In this document: positions 55,121 to 64,000 of the stretch, in pieces
Layout of the letters: each line of letters begins with the position of its first letter
Numbering within the stretch: the stretch's first letter is position 1
Assembly: GCA_951406725.2 (NCBI GenBank)
Contig: OX597816.1
Span: 132,866,001 to 132,930,000 of the forward strand
DNA from: Octopus vulgaris
Taxonomy: Eukaryota
Direction of reading: 5' to 3'
DNA: 64,000 bases
Program-made: the position numbers and the translations under genes
The notes under the pieces: generated by a model
Databases searched by the model: none
What the model was told of the DNA's origin: nothing
The model's input: only the letters and a program-made list of their open reading frames with translations

Positions 55121-56237
55121 AAAAGAAGCTGTCTTTAACTTGTTGTTTGCAGATGTGACATCATCTCATTTCCCTTCCGGTCCCTTTGTGACATCACTCC
55201 CTCTCCCTTCTGGTCATTCTTCCACAATCTCACCATGCAACATCCTTGGTAAATATCTTCTACTATAGCCCTAGGCCAACTAATGCTTTGTGAGTGGATT
55301 CGATAGACAGAAACTGAAAGAAGGCCATTGTACACACAACCATATACACACACATACATGTATGATCTATATGTTTGTGTGTGTGCACATGAGTGTTTGC
55401 TGTGTACTTGTTTAGATTTACACTTCTTTAAAGCTTGCAGAGCTTGCACTGACATTATTGCCATTTCCCCTGCTGTCAGCAAATCATCCACTGACTTTAT
55501 GCCTTCAAAAACTTGTGGAATCCCTTATTTGAAAAACAGATAAAGGTAAGTGACAGGAAGGGCATCTGACTAGCAAAACAATGCCTCAGTGGTATATCTG
55601 CTAACCCATGCTTGCACAGAGAAACAATGGATATAAAATCTAAAGGCAGAATAATCAACACCTATCCAATTCAGTTAGTTCAACAAAGTTAACAGTCAGC
55701 TGTGGCCAAGAATTTCCTTCTTAGATATTGTAATATTAAAAAAGAGAAAAGAAATAGAAACAGAAACAACTTCATCACAGGGTAACATTACATAGCTGTT
55801 AAAACTTGCTAGAAATAGCAGTCAAATTTCCTTTTAGCCATATTCTATTTTCATAAAAAATCAACAGACACTTCAGATAATGTAGTCCTAGATACACCTA
55901 AATGTGGTGATGGCTCATCATAAATCTGTTTGATCAGGACTAACTTGGAAGTAAATAACGATTATAGTATCAGCAACACAGACAAAGCCTAAATTAGAGA
56001 GAAATAGATATTAGATTTATTTTTAGTGAAATATATTCCTAGTGGCAGTGCTAAAAATACTGTTGGTTTTCAGTATGAAACAATGCAGCATGCGTTTCAA
56101 TAAAGATCATATATTGATTATTATTATTATAGTTTTTGTTGTTAATATTATTAATATTATTTATTCTTTTATATTAATGCTCTTGTGCAGTCATTATATG
56201 ACTATTCTTATATTTTCCTTTAAATGTAGTTAGACCT

Positions 56238-56780
56238 TGTAGGGTAAAATGAGAATGTTTTTATAGGGAAAGACTATGAAGAAGACATGACTAAGTGATG
56301 TCTCTCAAATGTTTCAACCAACTATAATACATGAATAAAACAATTTTATCGGTTACAAACTGTAGGAAATAATTTAAAATTTTATAAATTGGCTCATCAT
56401 AAATTTCATTATGGGGGAACGTGAAGGCCAGTTGACATTGCTGTAACAGGAGATTATTCTCTCTCTAAAGCACTCCTGTAGCAACTGCATTGTCTCTCTT
56501 GTGGTATGAACTGTTGCCCCATCTTGTTGGAACCATGTATGAGGTCTACTTTGAATGGCCTTCACATTTCTCAGACTTGACTAGTCTGGATTTTTTCTGG
56601 TGGGGATACCTGAAAGAGAGGGTTTATGTCAACAAACCAGAGACCCTGGTGCAAAGAAAACATTAATAGAGAAATCAGAGAAGTGGGGTCAGAATCTCTT
56701 GAGGGTATTATAGTGCAAGTCTTGGAACGAGCACAGGTGTGCTAAGCCAAAAAAGGTTGCTAATTAAGCAATGTTATATA
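56238..56780. mobile_element. Tc1/mariner-superfamily transposase fragment in two opposite orientations
   Basis: Minus 56555-56413 reads WFQQDGATVHT...RIIS...NWPSRSP. Plus from 56556 reads WPSHFSDLTSLDFFWWGYLKERVYVNKP. Confidence 0.85.
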
Positions 56781-57054
56781 CGCACATACACATATATATA
56801 CACACATACATACATATATACATGTATATATATATGCATACATATACACACATCCACACACATATATATACACACATACATACATATACATACATACATA
56901 TATATGTATATATATCATATATATGCATGTATGTATGTATTATGTATGTATATATGTATATATATTGAGTGAAAGGTCATAGCCCACCAGCCATTGGGGT
57001 CTGACAAGACGTTGTAAAGCTAAGCACTTTATGGATGTGAAATCCTGGGTAACT

Positions 57055-57831
57055 CTATAATCCCATCTCATCTAGGTCGTCCCATAGGATGCCCCAAGAC
57101 TGTTTCCACACGTTTCCCCATTCATCTTGATCTTCCATAATGGTCCTCAGCTCCTGTACCCCTTCCATACCAGTATCTTCCAACAAGTTGTCGATATATG
57201 TCGTCTTCCTCCTTGCTCTCTTGGTTCTTCCTTCTGTTGGTTGCCAGAGCACTAGCTTGTTAGCAATTTCATTGGTGTGTTTGATGCAGTGTCCACCTAG
57301 CCTCATCCTTCTATGCTGTATCTTCAATGTTACTCTTGGTAGTCCCTGGTATAAGTCGGCGTTTGTAGTATGACTCTTCCAGGAGACATTGAGTGCCATT
57401 CTAAGCATCCTTGTATAACAACCGTCCAACTGTTTCTTCAATGCTTTAGTGAGCATCCGTATTTCAGCCCCATATAGAAGAACAGACTCCACTGTTGCCA
57501 GAAACAACCTCACTTTCAATTACCTTGTTAACTTTGAACTCCATATCTTTCTTAATTTTTGGCATGCACTCCAGCAAGAGCTTTCCTTGCTACGATGTCT
57601 TTTTCAGTAATTTGTGTCCATGCACCAAGCTATTTGAAATTTTCAACTACCTTGAGCGACTTACCATCTCTCACTTTTACTGACACAGGTATTTCATGGT
57701 TGAATACTTGTAGCTCTGTTTTGTTTGCAATACAGTACACTCCTCCTTTCCCCGATTCCTGCTCTAGTCTACTCAGCATCTCCTGTGCCTGATCTGTCCT
57801 TTCTTTTAGTAATGCCAGGTCATCAGCATAA
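57055..57831 (-). mobile_element. RTE/RTEX-like LINE, from the RT YADD motif to the C-terminus
   Basis: YADDLALL at 57830, VENFK*LG, KVRLFLATVESVLLYGAE, LDGCYTRMLRMALNVSW, RRMRLGGHC, LVLWQP. Confidence 0.9.
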
Positions 57832-57861
57832 ACTGACCATAACTATCTTTATCAAAATATA

Positions 57862-58300
57862 TACTGTATACGCTGGTGTATAATATGATTGGGTGTACAA
57901 GACATCACCCAGGATTTCAATTTAAAAAGTGGGTTTTGGGCTATACTTGCCGTACAAGACTGCCCCAAGTTTTCATGCATGCATGAGTGCACACACACTC
58001 ACACACATGTAAATCAAATGAGTGAGCATGGAAACTAGTTAATAGAAAAGATCAACTCAACACAGAAAACTTCTCATTAGCTGTGGAGTCCAGAATCAAA
58101 GTAGTTTTGGTGCATTTATTTCGCAGTACTATGTGCCTGGAGATCACCAGTGATTATAAACATTACTGAGGTGGAAGACAGTAGAATCAAAGGCATGTAA
58201 ACTTAAAACCCAGAGGACAACTTTATACAAGGGAAATAAAAATTATGAGCAAATGGATACAAAGTAATACAGGTTATTTAAAAGAAATGTAGTCTTTTGA
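57862..58300 (+). mobile_element. pogo-type transposon 5' end, decayed
   Basis: TACTGTATACGCTGGTGTATAATATGA TIR-like start with repeated GTACAAGAC, similar in style to the 18333 terminus. Right boundary is uncertain. Confidence 0.5.
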
Positions 58301-58869
58301 TAAGGCAGAAATGCATGTTTTGAAATTTCTGATTGAGAAATAAATGTAAGTAAAATCATAGCTCTTTCTTAATCCCATTCATCAGAAAATAGCTGATATT
58401 AAACAAGTCTTTCACAAATAAATCAGTAAATTTTCAAATCAATACTCAGGTCCAACTTCAATTTCACACACTAAGGAAGTAAAAAGACCAATTTTGCTTT
58501 TGTATGCTTTCTTTTGTAAATTCTATGTTTAACTTCATACAAGTTGAAATGACATGAGAAAATTGTGCATAGGAAAATTAGGAAATAAATGGATTCCTTG
58601 GAAGGTGTTGAGATATCTGCAATTTACTTGTTAATAAGAAATTTACATTTGTATATTAAGTCTTGTTCATATATTTATTTCTCAAGAAATACAATGTCTT
58701 TCTTTAGGTTCAGTACAGCATAATGGAATCATGCTGTTGTATGAAGTTGCACAACATTGTCGTGCAAATCGCTTTTGTTATTGTTGTTGTGATCATTTAA
58801 GTATTTCTTAAGGTTTTAAATTTAGCGGGATTCTAAAATAGATTCTTGGCAATTGAGATGTCAAAAAAA

Positions 58870-59010
58870 AATGTTACTGTTGTTGATGATAACGATGATA
58901 ATGATGATGATGATGATGTTGATGATGATAATGATGATGTTGACCATAACAATAATGATGTTGATGATGATAATGATGATGTTGACCATAACAATAATGA
59001 TGTTGATGAA
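58870..59010. repeat. (GAT)n-derived tract with an exact 42-bp tandem duplication
   Basis: GATGTTGATGATGATAATGATGATGTTGACCATAACAATAAT occurs twice in tandem. Confidence 0.9.
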
Positions 59011-59502
59011 TAGTACTTCATCATCCAATAGTCTACAGTATGTAACAACATTTGTCAGTTCTAAATGTTAGCTACAAAGAAACTATTCATATTTAAGAAT
59101 GTGCCTGTCCAAAATGTCAAACTTCATTTCTCCTTTTGACATAGAATTTTATGTTTAAAAATTTTTTTGTTGGTGTTGTGGTTGCTATCACATAAATCAC
59201 CAAAATTCTTCAGACACTCAAGTTTCCTTTTGCTATTTGCAAAAGAAGGCAGATTGATGGTTTGCTGTTAGTGGAATGCAAGCTAAAACTTGATCAACTC
59301 CAGCTGGGTCAATTAGGCAAGTGTCTGATTTTGAAAGACCCAAAATACCTTGAGACCTCACTGACGATTCATCACTGAGCGTCTGTGGGATGTGTATCTT
59401 GGACCCTGGACCCTAAGTCAGAGGGTTACGTAAGATAAAATTTAGAATGGAGAATCAAAGCACATCTCCACCCTAACTTATCAAAGTGTTCACATCAAGT
59501 AA

Positions 59503-59901
59503 TCTTTATATATAAAGCTGAAGTTGTCTGTGTGTGTATGGCAGGTTTGGTAGCTTTCAACTAACACTATCTCCTCCAAGACCCTGCAGTGCAAGTTGAC
59601 CAAAATTGAGAGTATGATAGAAGAAGGCTTGCTCTTCATTCTGTAGAAGAAAAAAATTCACATCGGATCATGCTAAGACCAGAAAATATTTACATAAAAA
59701 AGGTGCTTTTTTCTATGAAAATCCCAATTTTTTACGATTTTTTGACTGCTGTGTCGCCTTTTTCGGTGTATTTCAACCAGAAAAATGTTCACTTAAAGAG
59801 AACAACAAGCTACATAATGCAAAATTTTTACTTTTCAAAAATTCCAATTCTAAAGGGTCAAAAAGAAAACAAACCCGAGCAACGGTGGGCCATACTGCTA
59901 G
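59503..59901 (+). mobile_element. Non-autonomous Helitron (~400 bp)
   Basis: A|TCTTTATATATAAAG start, subterminal CCCGAGCAACGGTGGG hairpin remnant, CTAG|T end; no TSD. Confidence 0.85.
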
Positions 59902-60799
59902 TTACAATATAATCCTATTTTCCTGTAAAGAATGGAAACATTCCTGTCCTTTGGTTCATTAACTACAAATGGAGGCATTCTCGAAGCTGACTTTAGATTG
60001 ATGCCTAGGAGAAACAGAAACCACCTTTGGCTGGTTCTATAAACTTTTCTGGGATAAGAACTTATCAATACTTAAGGTTTTCTTCTGGCTCTTTACATTC
60101 TGAGTAAAAATTCTGCTGAAGGTGACTTTAGCTTTCATCCTTTCAGGATAGAAAAAAACTATATAATCAACTGCATTGCACTAGAATTTGAAACCATTAG
60201 TTTAGAGAAGTTACAACATAAAAAAAACAAAAAAAAAAACATGCATGCATTGCTGATAGAGGCTTCACTTCAAGTATGTTCTTAAGCATACTCATTTCCA
60301 TTTTGGCATATCTAAAATAATTTGGGACCTGAGATGAGAAACCTGGATGAGAAACGTGGCAGAAATGAATCTTGGATCCTTAAAGTGCCATAAAGCTAAT
60401 TGCTTGAGATAAGACATCAAATATCATTTATAGAAGACTGGACCATGAGGATTGCTTCTATATTTCATAAATCCACGTTTTATACAATTCTAAGAAAATG
60501 AAAAATTAGATGATTGTTTCTGAAGAAGAAGCAGATATTTACTTAAAACACAGGGGTTAAGAAGATTCCTCCTCATCTCACCAATTTTTCTGTGTGTTTT
60601 AGCCTTTGATTTCTTATGCTGTAAATAAGTTTTACAACTGAAAAATCAATTCAAGTATCTGCAGTGACTGCAAGAGAAGATGTTTTAATACAAATTTCTT
60701 TCTAACACAAATCTCTTGTCTGCGAAATGAGGTCTGCCTATTTAAAGTGAGCTATCATGGTGTTTTGTTCATTGTTAGATGCTCTTATTTTGCTTCTTT

Positions 60800-61390
60800 T
60801 TTTCTTTTATTTAAGACATTGTGAGAAAGTAATATTTATCTCAACTTAAAGATGGATGTTCTGTTAGAACAAACTATACTGTGGTAGATACCATGAGAGA
60901 AATTCTCATACTGGCTTTAGGTGCTAAATGCACCCTTGCTTATATCACTTATAGGGAGATAAATCCCCACCACCTCCAGTGCCAAGACCACCAGATCATG
61001 TGATTTTGACCTTCTTTGGCACTGTCAGTGATGGACGCTTGATTGTTAGAGATGTTTGAATAGAACATCCTCATTTAAGTGGGGATAAGTATTACTTCTC
61101 AGTATTAATACTCTCTCTGTCACTATTATACATTGTCAAGAAGGACCAGCTTTGTAATTTAGAATATTAAGTCTGTAAACTCCACAGAGTTGAAAACAGG
61201 GTTTAATACACTGCCTTGTATAAGCTGCCACCTGATCTTTAATGTCTTTAGAGTTCACTTTGGAATAAACATTTGGACCAATCTCTTGGTAGACATTATT
61301 TCACACATATTCAAACCAGGCATTAACTCCATAAGTTTCATTCATCCATGAGTATCTGAAAAGATACATGAGCTCTACCACTTCTCCTTG
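60800..61390 (-). mobile_element. Very old CR1/L2-like RT remnant
   Basis: QGSVLNPVF (QGSVLGP motif) around 61200-61222, with weak downstream LQSW and DLxV remnants. Confidence 0.4.
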
Positions 61391-61401
61391 ACTAACTTTA
61401 A

Positions 61402-61617
61402 CTCTTTAGCATTTAGGTTATTTTATAAAGCATAATGCCTATTTATTCAAATTGTTTGGAATTAATCATGCATTATCTCACTGCTTCTAGATTTCAATGA
61501 TGTGATAGTATATTTTTAGAATGTCATTTTATGGTAGATATGAGAGGTCAAATTTGGTCAGTTTGGACTTAAGACAGGGAGTTTGGGATTGATATGGTTA
61601 GTTTAAATGCTAAAGGA
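61402..61617. mobile_element. TTAA (piggyBac-like) MITE
   Basis: TTAA|CTCTTTAGCATTTA ... TAAATGCTAAAGGA|TTAA. Confidence 0.8.
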
Positions 61618-63547
61618 TTAAAAAAGAAAAAAAAAACAATCCAGTAATCTTATTTTGACAACCAAGTGTATCTGCTACCCTTCACCTGCATAATTTAAAA
61701 TATTAGCCAAAATTGATTCTAAAAACACCCCTTTTCCTTTTAAATATAAAAAAAACAAAGCTTCAAGCCTATACTGAGACCAGCAATCAAAGAACATCCC
61801 AGTGTAGCTCACTGGGATTTTGCAAGTTGTAGTAATTAACATATTTTCTTTTCATAAATGATTTCTTACAAAGTCAGAACTTTTGTACAGTGGGAACACT
61901 TAGTTATAATGATCCCACTTTTTTTATTGATACCCATGGAAAGATGAAATGTAAAGTTGACCTTGGATTTCAACTCAGAACATAAAGTGCTGTGCAGGGT
62001 CAATAAAATTCTTTAGTCTTGTTTTGTCAAGAACATGGCAACATATCTAGTGTGGGGTGCCACATTGAACTGCATCTAGCATACCTGATAAAGTCGTTTG
62101 TGTTAAAAAAGGTATACAGCCATAGAAACCATGCCATAGGAAAATACACAAGTGAGATGTGGTCCTCACTTGTAGAAGGACTTCTAGATGTGGGGGCCAC
62201 ATCTAGAAGGGCAGTCACTCTGAATATAAAATTGATTTGGACAATGATGATGATGATGATGTTTTCATTCAATGTTTTAATAATTCTGATCATCCATTGC
62301 ACTTGTCAAATCTACTGTGAATCCAGTGAACTTTCTCTTCCTGTCTTTAGGTAGAAATAGTACACTTAACATAGTTGCTCTTACCTTGACTCTAATCTAT
62401 ATGTAACTTACAGTGTAGTCCTAGAAACAACATTGTTCATGTAGTAAACTATGAAATTCTTCCATTCTCTCAATTTCTTGTAATTCAAATCGCTTCATAG
62501 TCCCAGTAGACGAAATAGAAAAGGCATTGTTCTGGTGGATGGTGAGGAAGATGTGCTGGAACTTATGTAAGTGAACTTGTTTGTATGTAAGTGAACTTAA
62601 GTGTGTATGTGTGTATTCACATATTTATGCATACACACTCACTTCCATAAACATGTGCATTTGCACACATTACTCTGATCAGTTTTGAACTAAAGATTCA
62701 AATCAACCAACCTTCAGAGAAATAATAATTAATTCAACGTCTGGAAACTTGAACTCCAAACTTTATACATCTAGTCCTGACACTATAAAAGTCCTATACA
62801 ATAATAATCCAAGGAATAGATCAAATTACCAATTCTCTTTAATAATAATTTGCTTGTAATATAATCCAAAAATCAATTGAAGATTGCCTCGTGTAATATT
62901 TATGGCAATTAGGTAAGTATTGAAACATTTCAGAGATTCACAATATTTCATCATTTTGAGTGATTATAAATCCATTGAGTAGCTTAATTAAACTAAACAA
63001 TTTATCTGATTCTATTGTGGTATTAGCACTGAGACAGACATTTTGTCTTCAATAAAGTCCAAAGAAATTCTTGCTGTAAATTTGATTTTTCTTCATTATT
63101 AATGAAATAAATAAATAAATAAATAAATAAAAATGAAGTTATTTTCGCTTAGCGAAAAAACAAGAACAAGACAAAAACAGAAACAATAAAAGAAAACTCC
63201 CCTTAATTGGCATAAGTCGTCATTTAATAAATTGTAGCAGTGAGATTAGTTTAATTAGCCCAGTTATTATTTACATTGTCCTGGATTGATAATTATGTGA
63301 AGAGGTAAAAATATAATAGTGTATTGACTCCATGAATAAATTAATTTGATAGAAGACAATTTTTTTTATTAAAAGTAGGTATACATGTTAGGAACAATCT
63401 TAGTTGAGTTGATATGACATTCACCGTAGAATTGGCAAATCAAAAGTTCAAATCTCACAACCAATTCTAATTTTTTTTAATTCTGCATATAGCACTTTAT
63501 AATTTTTGTGGTATCTTGGGAAGGTTGTTATGCTTTTAATAAACACA

Positions 63548-63880
63548 TGCACTGGTTCAGTTTCACTTCTTTACCATTATTAATCAATTAGTTATTTAAC
63601 CAACTAACTAATTGATTGTTTGATTATTTATTCAGTTAATCAATCAAAAAGTTGTGTTTGTCAAAGTCCTTTCATTGCCATTGCCAACCTCTTCAATGAT
63701 ATGCCCTCTCTTCTCTAGGTCCACTCCTGGTCTGTCATTGAAGAGATTGCAATTGTCAACATATTCACAATTGATAAACATAATTGATTAACCAAATGAT
63801 TACTCAAACAATTGATTAGTAAGCTGGTTAAACTCTTAACCAATTTATGAATAACAAAGAAATGAAATAGGACCAGTGTG
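63548..63880. repeat. Foldback (MITE-like) imperfect palindrome of ~330 bp
   Basis: CACTGGTTCAGTTTCACTTCTTT pairs with AAAGAAATGAAATAGGACCAGTG; inner CTCTTCAATGA pairs with TCATTGAAGAG. Confidence 0.8.
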
Positions 63881-64000
63881 TGAGTATATTATTGGTATAG
63901 TGACCCTCTCAAGGCAAAAACAAAACCTGTTTCAACACATGAGTATAGTCACTAAATTTTCTAAATTTCCCAAATGACATGCTACTATCTTAACTGAAGA

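Overview
AT-rich, microsatellite-dense eukaryotic DNA. The SINE/LINE families and (CA)n/(TA)n/(AAT)n load resemble an Octopus (coleoid cephalopod) genome; this is recognition from memory, not a database match. The only host gene I can support is the 5' part of a high-affinity choline transporter (SLC5A7/CHT1-like) on the minus strand. It has three coding exons (34500-34326, 3644-3537, 819-664) joined by phase-1 GT-AG introns of 30.7 kb and 2.7 kb, and it continues beyond position 1. Almost everything else is transposon debris: tRNA-type SINEs, RTE, CR1 and Dong/R4-type LINEs, two Gypsy-like LTR remnants, mariner/pogo/Tc1 fragments, hAT and TTAA MITEs, and Helitron-like elements. The most unusual items are a 3.1-kb strand-skewed, hierarchically repeated element inside a (TA)n tract carrying a complete minimal hammerhead ribozyme motif, and a second, degenerate hammerhead near exon 3. 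Also notable are a ~300-bp intronic inverted duplication, a stack of (TAA)n-targeted elements and several template-switch-like scars. No prokaryotic system, CRISPR array, rRNA or true tRNA gene is seen, and most listed ORFs are microsatellite artefacts. I found no clearly new biological system; the ribozyme-bearing element is the best candidate.
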